From positions 1 through 64,000 of the forward strand of contig JABIHA010000118.1 of assembly GCA_018649885.1 (NCBI GenBank): 64,000 nucleotides of DNA. The letters are read 5' to 3'. Below the pieces are notes generated by a model. It did no database searches and was not told the DNA's origin. It was given only the letters and a program-made list of their open reading frames with translations. The translations under genes were made by a program, and so were the position numbers. Shown piece by piece: positions 18,051-27,784 of this stretch (the stretch's first letter is position 1; every line of letters begins with the position of its first letter). This DNA is from Bacteriovoracaceae bacterium. GTDB taxonomy: Bacteria; Bdellovibrionota; Bacteriovoracia; Bacteriovoracales; Bacteriovoracaceae.

Positions 18051-20378
18051 ATGGTTGTGCGACTATTAAAGGCCTTGTGCCTTTTTGTATTTTCTATTTC
18101 CGCTTTTGCCACCCCGTCGTATCGTGCGGGCGAGAGCACTCAGCTAACTTTTGGTGCAGACACCGAAACGTTTACTAACGCTGGTTTTGGGCAAAGATCA
18201 AAAGGTGGAATTGGTGGGAAACGACCTGAGGATATGGGTCCACATGGTGCATCGGAAGAATATGAAAACTGGGGAGTCATTAATGAGCGAGACCAGGATA
18301 GCGACTTTACTTCTTGGAAAGAAGACTTAAGCCCTTCTGAAAAACAATATCTCTATAGTTTAAATATAAATAGTATTATTGATAAATATATTGATTGGGA
18401 TTTTCTTTCTCAGCAGGGAACAACTGTTTCTGACGGTGATAGTGGCGCCGAGGATACTGAGGGAGTCGCACTTTCAGAACGGGCATTTGAGATTCTTTAT
18501 TCAGATTTATCTGGAAAAGAAAGACGCGCTAAGTATGAATCGTTTATTACACTCAATCCCATTAGTACTCAAACTCTAGGTGCCTTTAAGGGTTACCTTG
18601 ATGATGAAGATACTGATTACTTTGATTACATGGATAGTAATGAAGAAGAGCTTCTAGAGATTTATAATGAGTCCTATTACCAGCAGCATGGTGTCTACCC
18701 GAGGGATCATTTTACAAAAGAGCAAATTGTTGAATCTATTTCAGATATTCTGCTTACACTTGAAACAATTGTAGATCCAGAGTCATGGGAAGGCTACTGC
18801 CAAGAGTTTGCCGCTTTAAATAGTAACCCCAAATTTCAAGATCTGTTTAGACCCTTTAAGGAAGATAAACGAGGTCGAATTTACCTCTGTGAGGCCCCTA
18901 TTTCTTATAATGAAGTAGAAGATGCCATGACTCTTCTCTATGGAAGTATCGAGCTAACAGAAAAAGATCCTATGGGAAGGGGAAGAGAGCTCAGCCCTCC
19001 CTCTAGTGTTGTTCAAAATAATAATTACTCAGCTTCTCGTTTGGCAATTACACGCAGCTCGAGTGAAAGGGGCGGAAGCTTTTATGAGCGCCTGTACGAT
19101 AAAGAGAAAAAACTTTCGAGTTTTCTCTACACCCAGTATTACGATCGCATGGGTATCAATCCTCACGGGATTGATTTTTGTGACTATGATAAAAGAGTTG
19201 ATGAATATAAGTTTGGCGCCTCTAAAGATGACAAAGATCCCTTTCCTATCGTCAATCTAAATGTGGATGGAGAGATTTGGAATCATGTACTTTTAGGTGT
19301 CGATAGAAGAGTGAGTGAAGGAAATAATCTCAATGATTTAGTTCTACGGTTTAGAAGAGCAAGATATGTAAAGGACATTAGAACTGACTCTGGTAAAAAG
19401 GTATTCTCTTCTTTTGTTAAAAGTGTAGTGGCACTTTGTGAAGATAGTGATTTTAAAAGAGAGTTTATGAACTCTGGAGGCGACTGGAATGGAATTTGCC
19501 GTGATGGAGTTTTAAGAGTTCGGCCTAAACCACTTCTAAACCATATCTCTAGATCTGGTGCCGGAATTTATGAGTGCTCAGAGCTTTCAATGGAGTGTTT
19601 TGGAAAACATACTCCTGAATGCAAGAGACAATATGCTGCTTGTGAGGAAGAAAGTGAGGGGATTTGTAGTGAGGGCTGTTATATGGATCGCTGCCTTCCC
19701 AGGACTTCTCTAGGTGAAGAAGATATTTGCTATAACGGAAGGCCAGATAGTGACGGAAGCATGGGAATTGAACACTTTGCAAGGGCGATTGAGAAAAAAA
19801 GTGAGTTGATGGAAGTGTTTGCGCTCGATCTATTAAAGGGGATATTTGATAGCAAAATGACTAAAAAGAAATCCTCATTTTTAGCAAAATTTTCTGTAAA
19901 TGAAGTTGTTCTCGACAGTCAATTTCTCAATACAGGAGATCCTTCTGTGAGTGATAGAAGAAAGAAGCTCAAAAGTGAAGAGCATAGTGGAAATGTACTA
20001 CTTAAAGATGATCAGCCGCTAGGGTGTTCATGGAATAATGTTTGGCAAAAAACTGGGACTGGAGAAGAGCAAAAATATTCGGGAAGTGTTCCTGGAAGTA
20101 TTTATACCATGGAGCTTCCCCACTGCCCGGCTGAAGACAATTTGGCCTTTAAGCTTCTGGATAAAGTGAAAGGTTGCGAAACACTAAGCCAGGTGGTGAG
20201 AAGTTTCACTAGACTCGTATTAGCGCTTTCTACCAATGCAAGTATTGATGGGAATTATGACGCCGAAGTTGAGATTGAATACCTCAGCTCATTAATTGGT
20301 AAACAAACTCCAGGTGTCGATCCGGCGGGCTTTATCAGGGCCGCTCATGAAATGGTTGGAAGTTCCTGGGATCCATAA
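18051..20378 (+). CDS. large secreted acidic, Cys-rich hypothetical protein
   Basis: Sec signal ending AFA; 775 aa. Confidence 0.85.
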   Translation: MVVRLLKALCLFVFSISAFATPSYRAGESTQLTFGADTETFTNAGFGQRSKGGIGGKRPEDMGPHGASEEYENWGVINERDQDSDFTSWKEDLSPSEKQYLYSLNINSIIDKYIDWDFLSQQGTTVSDGDSGAEDTEGVALSERAFEILYSDLSGKERRAKYESFITLNPISTQTLGAFKGYLDDEDTDYFDYMDSNEEELLEIYNESYYQQHGVYPRDHFTKEQIVESISDILLTLETIVDPESWEGYCQEFAALNSNPKFQDLFRPFKEDKRGRIYLCEAPISYNEVEDAMTLLYGSIELTEKDPMGRGRELSPPSSVVQNNNYSASRLAITRSSSERGGSFYERLYDKEKKLSSFLYTQYYDRMGINPHGIDFCDYDKRVDEYKFGASKDDKDPFPIVNLNVDGEIWNHVLLGVDRRVSEGNNLNDLVLRFRRARYVKDIRTDSGKKVFSSFVKSVVALCEDSDFKREFMNSGGDWNGICRDGVLRVRPKPLLNHISRSGAGIYECSELSMECFGKHTPECKRQYAACEEESEGICSEGCYMDRCLPRTSLGEEDICYNGRPDSDGSMGIEHFARAIEKKSELMEVFALDLLKGIFDSKMTKKKSSFLAKFSVNEVVLDSQFLNTGDPSVSDRRKKLKSEEHSGNVLLKDDQPLGCSWNNVWQKTGTGEEQKYSGSVPGSIYTMELPHCPAEDNLAFKLLDKVKGCETLSQVVRSFTRLVLALSTNASIDGNYDAEVEIEYLSSLIGKQTPGVDPAGFIRAAHEMVGSSWDP

Positions 20379-20388
20379 TTATAAATAA

Positions 20389-21783
20389 AAAGTAATTTCT
20401 TAGCGAGTAGGAGAAAAATTATGTTACTAAAATCGAATCGAATTCACAGCTTTTACTTGGTCTTTGCCTTGATGATTGCCACTGGACTGTCCTCTAATTT
20501 GTATGGTGGGGATAAGACATATTGCTACGATGATGCTGAAGGACAAGGATACAAAAACTGTAAAAATTGGAAAGAGCATTGTAGGGGAAAATACTCTTTC
20601 AAATGTAAAAGGAAAGATACTGGAATGTGGGATTGGTTTAAATGTACTGACCTGGCTGCATCATACGATAGTAATGCTAAAGCTGCTGTAGATCTCCTAT
20701 GTGATGATGATAGAGATGGATCGAGAAGAGGTAGCGGCGACAGAGACTGTGATGAGGCCTATAGAAAATATTTAGAGTTCAAAGATGTAGAAGGTCAAAG
20801 TGCTCAAGCTGATAAGTGGCGTGAAAAAGCTAGGGAAGCTTGTGGTGATGATCTAGAAGATCTGAGTGCCTCAGGTGGTAGCTCATCTAGTTCACCAGTT
20901 TGTGCTGGGAAAGTAATAGAGGGACAATGTGTGCCCACATCTTGTTTAGAGGGTCTCAGAATAAAGCGAAGTGTAAAATGCAAAAAATATCACTATCTTC
21001 TGACTGACAAATTGAAGTGTGAAGTCGATACAAGTGCTGAAGGCAAGGGAATTGGACTGATTGTTTGTGAGAACGGAGTCAATTATATACCTCACCATCA
21101 TGGTGTGGATTATATTGGAGTTTCAGAGTTTGGTTACGACCAGCCACTTATTTATGAATCTGGAGCTGCTGATGGTGAAACTAGAAGTGGATCATCTTTT
21201 GGACTTTAAAATATTCAGCATAAGAGTATGTAGATGTGTGAAATATTATGGAAATAAATAAAAATTATTTCTCTAAAGAAGATTTAGTAATTTGCCGAAG
21301 TAAAGGTGACTTCTTTGCGAGTAGGGGAAAAGATATGTTACTAAAATTGAATCGAATTCACAGGTTTTACTTGGTCTTTGCCTTGATGATTGCCACTGGA
21401 CTATCCTCTAATTTATACGGTGGGGATAAGACCAATTGCTATGATGATGCTGAAGGACAAGGATACAAAAACTGTAAGAGTTGGAAAGAGCATTGTAGGG
21501 GGAAGTACTCCTTTAAATGTAAGAGTAAAGATACTGGCGACTGGGATTGGTTTATTTGTACTGATCTATCAGCATCTGTTCGAAGCGATGCAAGAGGCGA
21601 TGCTGACCAATTATGTGATGAAGATAGAGACGACGACGGAGACGGGCCAAGAAGAGGTGATGGCGACGGCGACGAAGACTGTGATGAAGCCTACAGAAAA
21701 TATATGAAATACAAAGATAAGTCTGGTCAGAGTGCTAAAGCTGATAAGTGGCGAAAAAAGGCCAGAGAGGCTTGCGGTGATGA
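20389..21783 (+). repeat. ~470-bp direct duplication (about 20389-20851 and 21302-21783)
   Basis: Near-identical RBS, signal peptide and 8-Cys module. Confidence 0.9.
20421..21209 (+). CDS. secreted Cys-rich protein (module copy A)
   Basis: AGGAG RBS, signal peptide, 14 Cys. Confidence 0.85.
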   Translation: MLLKSNRIHSFYLVFALMIATGLSSNLYGGDKTYCYDDAEGQGYKNCKNWKEHCRGKYSFKCKRKDTGMWDWFKCTDLAASYDSNAKAAVDLLCDDDRDGSRRGSGDRDCDEAYRKYLEFKDVEGQSAQADKWREKAREACGDDLEDLSASGGSSSSSPVCAGKVIEGQCVPTSCLEGLRIKRSVKCKKYHYLLTDKLKCEVDTSAEGKGIGLIVCENGVNYIPHHHGVDYIGVSEFGYDQPLIYESGAADGETRSGSSFGL

Positions 21784-23014
21784 CTTTGATGATATGGGCA
21801 GTGGATCGAGTTCAGGCTCAAGTTCAAGTTCAGGACATGGGCATGGTGACGTCCATGTAACTGGAGGTTATTCAAGGTCTCACGATCATGACTATGATCG
21901 CGACTATGATCGTGATTATGAAAGGCGCTCGACTTATCCAGATTGTTATAATTGTCGTGCTGGCTCAAATGCAGCTGATGTCATTGGTGCAGTTGGTTAT
22001 GCACTTGGTCAGGTAGGTGCACCGCTTGCCGGAGTTTGGTCAACTCATATTGCGGCCAGCTCACAAGAGAAAATCCACGCAGGTTACAACAATAGAGATA
22101 TTAGATTAGGCCGTCAGTGTACTAGACGCTACGATAGTTATCTTGGACATATTGCCGATTATCAAGGCTCACCTGTGGATGGTGAAACTGCCATTGCACT
22201 AAGTGAGTGTGAAATTAATGGAACTTCACCATGGGGCTATGCCGGCATGGGTGGCATGAATGGCAATATGTACGGTGGTGGTTACAGTAATCCAATGTTT
22301 TCTGCTGGATATAGCCCAGGCTTTGTCGGCGGGATGATGGGTCCTTACGGAATGAACGGCGGGATCAATATCGGAATGGGCTCTGGAGGCTATGGTTATG
22401 GCTACCCTTCTGGTGGAGTAGGATTTGGAATGTCAGGCTATCTTGGAGCTGGTGGCTTTCCTCCTTACTACGGTGGCGGCGGAGGCTACGGTGGTGGCGG
22501 AGGCTATGGTGGTGGCGGAGGCTATGGTGGAGGCTACGGCGGAGGCGGTGGAGGCTTCTCAGGTGGAGCAACTTTGGGCCTAGGCTATGGTTCTGGTTAC
22601 GGCGGTTACCCCTATTACGGTGGTGGCATGCAAGGTGGCTGGGGTGTCGGAGCTGGAGTGATGCCTTACGGTCAAGGTGGATCTAGTTACTGGAATAATT
22701 CTGGTGGTTGGGGAGATATGTACGGATCTTGGCAAAATAGTTATTCACAACAACAAGCTTATCAACAACAGGCTTCTGCTGTTGGAGCGAGAATGGGATA
22801 TGACGTCTATGGTAACCAATTAGGTAACCAGGCATTACAACAAAACTATTACAATGCAGGCGCTATGTACGGTCAAGGAGCAGGTTATGGCGGACAAGGA
22901 TATTATGGAGGTTCTTCAGGGAATCCTTACTATGGTAATCCCTATGCAAGTTCTTATGGTGGCCAAGGCTATGCCATGGGTAATATAAGTGGTGGTTTTG
23001 GATTTAGTTTTTGA
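21335..23014 (+). CDS. secreted protein: Cys-rich module (copy B) plus Gly/Tyr/Gln-rich domain
   Basis: Start placed at 21335 by homology to 20421 and its AGGGG RBS. Confidence 0.85.
   Translation: MLLKLNRIHRFYLVFALMIATGLSSNLYGGDKTNCYDDAEGQGYKNCKSWKEHCRGKYSFKCKSKDTGDWDWFICTDLSASVRSDARGDADQLCDEDRDDDGDGPRRGDGDGDEDCDEAYRKYMKYKDKSGQSAKADKWRKKAREACGDDFDDMGSGSSSGSSSSSGHGHGDVHVTGGYSRSHDHDYDRDYDRDYERRSTYPDCYNCRAGSNAADVIGAVGYALGQVGAPLAGVWSTHIAASSQEKIHAGYNNRDIRLGRQCTRRYDSYLGHIADYQGSPVDGETAIALSECEINGTSPWGYAGMGGMNGNMYGGGYSNPMFSAGYSPGFVGGMMGPYGMNGGINIGMGSGGYGYGYPSGGVGFGMSGYLGAGGFPPYYGGGGGYGGGGGYGGGGGYGGGYGGGGGGFSGGATLGLGYGSGYGGYPYYGGGMQGGWGVGAGVMPYGQGGSSYWNNSGGWGDMYGSWQNSYSQQQAYQQQASAVGARMGYDVYGNQLGNQALQQNYYNAGAMYGQGAGYGGQGYYGGSSGNPYYGNPYASSYGGQGYAMGNISGGFGFSF
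22470..22556 (+). repeat. GGGGY-coding tandem repeats
   Basis: ggtggtggcggaggctat-type units. Confidence 0.8.
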
Positions 23015-23039
23015 GAGAATATTAATATTTAAGATCAAT

Positions 23040-23066
23040 AAGGGAGGTTTATCGCCTCCCTTTTTT
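23040..23066 (+). terminator. intrinsic terminator (probably bidirectional)
   Basis: AAGGGAGG...CCTCCCTT plus T-run between convergent genes. Confidence 0.85.
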
Positions 23067-23481
23067 ATTTGTTGTGAATAAGTGTTTTGATTTCGTGACG
23101 GAAAATGACTTCAATTTTGTCATTGTCGACAATGGTCTGAACAACACCTGGCCCAAATTTAGTATGGTCAATGATATCACCAACGATGAAACTGCCTTTG
23201 ATTCCGTATGCTTTTGATTTTCCATTTGCATTGGAAACAGCTTCTAGCCAAATTTCTGCAATGGGTTTTGTTTCAACTTTTCTGCCTCTTGTTTTACTTC
23301 TTACTTTGGCCTTTGCCATTGAAGGATCTTTGTAAGCATGAGTGGCCTTACAGGTATTACATTGAACACGGTGAATTGTTTGGGTGTCTTTCATGATCGT
23401 AATTATATGTGATAGGCTGAGCTTACATTTATTGCAATAGGAGATAATATCTTTACCTACGCTGTAATCACTTGTGGTCAT
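23065..23481 (-). CDS. zinc-ribbon plus PcrA/UvrD-type Tudor domain protein
   Basis: CNKC, CNTC; FIVGDIIDHTKFGPGVV. Confidence 0.75.
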   Translation of the reverse strand: MTTSDYSVGKDIISYCNKCKLSLSHIITIMKDTQTIHRVQCNTCKATHAYKDPSMAKAKVRSKTRGRKVETKPIAEIWLEAVSNANGKSKAYGIKGSFIVGDIIDHTKFGPGVVQTIVDNDKIEVIFRHEIKTLIHNK

Positions 23482-23555
23482 GGAGGTCCTTTTGAGGTTA
23501 AACCATTGGGACGAAACGTTGTTTCTTAGTTGGCTGATGCCTACTGGAGTGGTTA

Positions 23556-25496
23556 ATGCCCAAGAAAAATTCTAAACTGACATTAGAGATTAATAACGCA
23601 GAAGTAAAGACGGGTTGCGTCCCTCATGCCTTGCAGGATAAGGCCAAAACACTGCCTAAATTGCCAGGTTGTTACTTGATGAAAAACCGATCTGGCGACA
23701 TCCTGTACATCGGAAAGGCCAAAAACTTGCAGGCCCGAGTTAGAAGTTACTTTAACAACTCAGCAGCGCCGCGCAAGGTAGAGGTGTTGGTCTCCAAGGT
23801 AGCTGATTTTGACTTTTTAGTGACAGATTCTGATGCCGAGGCCTTTGTGCTGGAAAATAATCTCATTAAAAAGCATCGTCCTAAATACAATATTAGGCTT
23901 AAAGACGACAAGTCTTACCCATACGCCGAAATCAATAAAAATGAAATTTTCCCCCGAATTAGATTTAGCCGAAGGCCTGTGAAAAAAAAGGGCATCAAGG
24001 TGTTCGGTCCTTTTGCACAGGGCTCTAATATTTTTCAAATTATAAGAATTGTTACCAAGTCATTTGGCCTAAGAGATTGTAGTTTGAGGGAGTTTAATAA
24101 AAGGGAGCAGCCTTGCCTTCTCTATCAATTGGCCCAATGTTCCGCTCCTTGTGTAGGGAAAATTGAAGCAGACTCCTATAACGATGATCTCGAGGTGGCC
24201 CTGAGTATCTTTAGCGGAAAAGGGAAGAAGGCCATATCTTTTCTTGCCGAAAAAATGGAAAGGGCAGCGAGTGAAGAAAAATTCGAGCTAGCGGCGCTTC
24301 TTAGAGATAATATCTCCGTATTGTCTAGTTTTGTCCAAATAACCCATCAAGAAAATGCGGAATTTTTTGGAGGTGCTGACAATATTGATGCTATCTCTTT
24401 TTATGAAGGAGAAGCCGAGATTGATATTTGTATTTATATCGTCCGCTCGGGCATGCTTTTATCACATAAAAATTTCCAGTTTTTAAAAGCGGACTCACTT
24501 GAAGAAATTCAAGATGAAGTGCTTTTAAAAGTTTTTGATTACTACTGCGACTCTATCAGTGAAATTCCTCAAAAGGTGATACTTCCATTACCCTCTGAAA
24601 AGTTGGAAAGCTTTGGAAGTGCTTTAAACGAGATTTGTGAAAAAAATGTAGTTGTCACAAAACCTATAGGTAAATATACGGGCCTTGTTAACTTGGCCCA
24701 GAAAAATGCCAGTGAAACTCAAAGAGTAAGGATTGAGGGTCAAAGTAGCCCTTTTATTGGGCTTAGAAAATTAATGGATTTGCTCTCACTGAGTGAGAGG
24801 CCCAGGCGATTAGAATGTGTTGATGTGGCCATTTTTCAAGGGGATTCACCTACTGCTTCACAAATTGTCTTTGTAGATGGAGTGGCCCAAAAATCAGATT
24901 ATCGCTACTATCATTTAAAAACTCTGCCCGAGGGAAATAATGACTTCGCTATGATGCGAGAGTTTGCTCTTAGAAGGTTTAACCCAAGTAAAAAACCTTT
25001 TCCAGATGTGTTGATTGTGGATGGGGGAAAGGGCCAGTTAAGTAGCGTGCTTGAGGCCTTGAAAGAAGTCGGAGCTGAAATTCCAGTAATTACCCTAGCA
25101 AAAAGTAAGGGCACAAGTGACTTTAAAAATCAGAAAATTCAAAGAAGTGAGGAACGTTTATATATTCCTGGAAGGGCCAACCCCTATATTCTCAAAAAAT
25201 GTCCATCACTATTTAGAATCTGTGTTCAGATGAGAGACGAGGCCCACAGATTTAGTAGAAAGCTTCACCACAAGGCCGAACATAAAAGAGTGATAAGCTC
25301 ATGGCTAGATGAAGTTCCAGGTGTTGGCGAAAAAATAAGAGACAAAATATTACAAAAGCTTGAATTTTCTAAAAGTGAGCTTAGTGAATTTTCAATAATT
25401 GAACTCGAGGGAACTCTCAGCGTATCAACATCCGTGGCCACAAATATCTACCAATATTTGCAAGGGCCACATTCTTCAAATGACGAATCTAATTGA
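23556..25496 (+). CDS. uvrC: excinuclease ABC subunit C
   Basis: GIY-YIG (PGCYLM, YIGKAKNL), DDKSYPY, VDGGKGQ, RDEAHRF. Confidence 0.96.
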   Translation: MPKKNSKLTLEINNAEVKTGCVPHALQDKAKTLPKLPGCYLMKNRSGDILYIGKAKNLQARVRSYFNNSAAPRKVEVLVSKVADFDFLVTDSDAEAFVLENNLIKKHRPKYNIRLKDDKSYPYAEINKNEIFPRIRFSRRPVKKKGIKVFGPFAQGSNIFQIIRIVTKSFGLRDCSLREFNKREQPCLLYQLAQCSAPCVGKIEADSYNDDLEVALSIFSGKGKKAISFLAEKMERAASEEKFELAALLRDNISVLSSFVQITHQENAEFFGGADNIDAISFYEGEAEIDICIYIVRSGMLLSHKNFQFLKADSLEEIQDEVLLKVFDYYCDSISEIPQKVILPLPSEKLESFGSALNEICEKNVVVTKPIGKYTGLVNLAQKNASETQRVRIEGQSSPFIGLRKLMDLLSLSERPRRLECVDVAIFQGDSPTASQIVFVDGVAQKSDYRYYHLKTLPEGNNDFAMMREFALRRFNPSKKPFPDVLIVDGGKGQLSSVLEALKEVGAEIPVITLAKSKGTSDFKNQKIQRSEERLYIPGRANPYILKKCPSLFRICVQMRDEAHRFSRKLHHKAEHKRVISSWLDEVPGVGEKIRDKILQKLEFSKSELSEFSIIELEGTLSVSTSVATNIYQYLQGPHSSNDESN

Positions 25497-25701
25497 GGGT
25501 ACAGATCGTTTTTCTTGCACCTTCGCCGCACTCCATACATCTTGCAGATTCTTGAATCAGAAGGTTCTTATAATCAGGTAAGTGGTTGAAAACCATTTTA
25601 GAGCCGCATTGCCGACATTTATTGATAATTTTTTTAACATTTTCAGCATCACCAAAATATTCTTCAAAGCATTCAAATTTGTAGTCTTCTTCGTAGGACA
25701 T
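25489..25701 (-). CDS. small zinc-ribbon protein
   Basis: CRQC, CMEC; AGGAG RBS. Confidence 0.75.
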   Translation of the reverse strand: MSYEEDYKFECFEEYFGDAENVKKIINKCRQCGSKMVFNHLPDYKNLLIQESARCMECGEGARKTICTLN

Positions 25702-25788
25702 CGCAGGAACTCCTAAAATCTAAGTTTTTGCCCTTGAGCTTAGGACCAAAGATAGTTATCTTTGAGCTCCATGACCCGGACAAAGTAC

Positions 25789-25815
25789 CTATCGGGGAAG
25801 GGCCCGGCTGTTTTA
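25789..25815 (-). promoter_or_regulatory. putative sigma28 (FliA) promoter
   Basis: TAAA-N15-CCCGATAG. Confidence 0.5.
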
Positions 25816-25849
25816 ATTAGAAGTAGAGTCAGAGGACTCTGAGGAAAAA

Positions 25850-26503
25850 ATGGACTACCAAAAGCTAAGAAATAGTATAAATCTAGTACCAAATACCTAT
25901 GAAGTGGCCATTTTTGGAGGCTCTTTTCTTATTCCTGAATCTATTAACGGTGAAAACCTCACCAAAGGCCCGGACCTACCTGTTCAATCAGGTGAAAAAC
26001 TTGAGGTAATTCGTTCGCTTGAGCGCTTTGCTGAAAAGGAGAATTTGGGGAGCACGCCAGAGGCAAAAATGCTTTTTCTCGCCGATTTTGAAGGAGTTGA
26101 AAAACCTGGATGTGAGGGTGAACATTTAGGAAGTGAATCCACTATTTTGTTCACTAGGATGATAGGGGCCATGAAGCTTAGCCCCTCTGGGTATGAAGCC
26201 TGCTACTTACCTAAGAAGTCGAAAGAGGCAACGGATCTCGAAATTAAAAGTTATATAGATAAGCTACTAGTGAGTAGTGAACCCAAATTTGTGCTGTGTT
26301 TTGGTGCAAGACTGACTAATTTGATTTTAGGGCGAAAAGAGAAACTGAGCACTGTTCATGGGCAGTTTTTGCCCTATGAGGCTTCCGGTGTAACTGTAAC
26401 ATTAGTTCCGATTTTCCATCCTGATTACTTAAATATTAACCCAAAGATGAAAAAAGCTGCTTGGGTTGATCTTCAAAAGGTTCTCAAAGACCAAAATTCC
26501 TAG
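25850..26503 (+). CDS. uracil-DNA glycosylase family 4-like protein (degenerate)
   Basis: C-terminal PIFHPDYL..NP..K..AW.DL. Confidence 0.8.
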   Translation: MDYQKLRNSINLVPNTYEVAIFGGSFLIPESINGENLTKGPDLPVQSGEKLEVIRSLERFAEKENLGSTPEAKMLFLADFEGVEKPGCEGEHLGSESTILFTRMIGAMKLSPSGYEACYLPKKSKEATDLEIKSYIDKLLVSSEPKFVLCFGARLTNLILGRKEKLSTVHGQFLPYEASGVTVTLVPIFHPDYLNINPKMKKAAWVDLQKVLKDQNS

Positions 26504-26593
26504 AATATCTTTGACTTGAATTTTTCGAAAGGTATAAAATGGTAATAGGGCAGATGGATCTGTCCTTATAGCTACCAACCTTCTCAAATAGGA

Positions 26594-27778
26594 TTGATTG
26601 AAACACGGATGTTAATCAAAACTTGCTTTGCGATACTAATCTCTTTAATGACTACGAGTCTATCTGCCACTCTCGTAGCGGGTCCTCTCATCAAAGTTCG
26701 AATTGCCAAGGCCTTAGATAGAGTGAAAATTACGGGCATGGACATGATAAGAGAGCTTCCCCAGGTCAAAAAAAATGATAGGTACCTAGGAAGAAAATCC
26801 CTGGTATTTAATTGTAAGGCACAGGGAAGTCAAAGAGGACAAAGATCCCTTGTTGTCGCCTCCCTTAGCTCTTCAACTGGAATTCTTAGCTGGAAGAAAA
26901 AAACCTACTTAGGAGACCTTTTACTTTTAACATCTCATTCAGGTAAATCGTGTGACCTTGTTAATCAACTTCCAATGGAATCATATATTAGCTCCCTGCT
27001 CGCCAAGGAAATGAATAGCAAGTGGCCTACCGAGGCGCTAAAGGCCCAAGCAGTCGCTGCTAGATCATACGCTATTTATAAAATGAATACTGGTGGAGTT
27101 TCTAGAAAGCTTGGGCGGGAAGCGCACTACGACATAGAAAATAGTGAAAAGCATCAAGTTAATGGAACTTTGATGGATACAACTAAATCTACTTGGAATG
27201 CGGCCAAAGAAACTACTGGTGAAGTGTTGTTAAAAAAAAATGGCGACTTTGTGCCAATCTTTTTCCACTCCAAATGCGGAGGAAGGACTTTAACACCTGA
27301 CCAAGTGTGGGGAAATAAGATTGAAGGTTACAAAGGCGTTGAATGCCCCTTTTGCCATAAACATGGAAGACCTGCATGGCAAAATAAGATGTCAGTGGCC
27401 AAGTTCAGAAAATATCTAGACAAGGCCCTTAAGTGGAAGCAAATGGACACCAAACTTCAGCTTGAGCCAAGTCTTTTGAAAAAGCTTCTGATTGTCCCAA
27501 ATAAAGTGGCCGATCATGATTTCAGGTATTATGACGCCGGCAATATGATAACACTGGAAAAAAACTATTTGAGAAGAGTGGTAGGAAGAAAAGTTACACC
27601 CTCTCATTCGTTCAAGGTATCAAGAGAAGGTGAGGAAGTGGTCTTCGCTGGACTTGGAAATGGGCACGGAGTAGGAATGTGTCAGTACGGTGCGTTTGAT
27701 TTGGCACATAAAGGTTGGGATTATAAAAAAATTCTGGCATACTATTTTCCCGGTTACCTTCTTAAAAAAGTATATTAG
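26594..27778 (+). CDS. SpoIID/LytB domain lytic transglycosylase
   Basis: EM..WP.EALKAQAVAARSY, GHGVGMCQYGA. Confidence 0.93.
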   Translation: MIETRMLIKTCFAILISLMTTSLSATLVAGPLIKVRIAKALDRVKITGMDMIRELPQVKKNDRYLGRKSLVFNCKAQGSQRGQRSLVVASLSSSTGILSWKKKTYLGDLLLLTSHSGKSCDLVNQLPMESYISSLLAKEMNSKWPTEALKAQAVAARSYAIYKMNTGGVSRKLGREAHYDIENSEKHQVNGTLMDTTKSTWNAAKETTGEVLLKKNGDFVPIFFHSKCGGRTLTPDQVWGNKIEGYKGVECPFCHKHGRPAWQNKMSVAKFRKYLDKALKWKQMDTKLQLEPSLLKKLLIVPNKVADHDFRYYDAGNMITLEKNYLRRVVGRKVTPSHSFKVSREGEEVVFAGLGNGHGVGMCQYGAFDLAHKGWDYKKILAYYFPGYLLKKVY

Positions 27779-27784
27779 AAAAGA

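Noticed and set aside
20389..21783. DGR template/variable repeat pair
   Set aside because: Mismatches are not adenine-specific, both copies are coding N-termini, and there is no reverse transcriptase in the window.
27232..27240. A9 tract in the SpoIID gene as a phase-variation site
   Set aside because: In frame, and expected in Lys-rich, AT-rich coding DNA.
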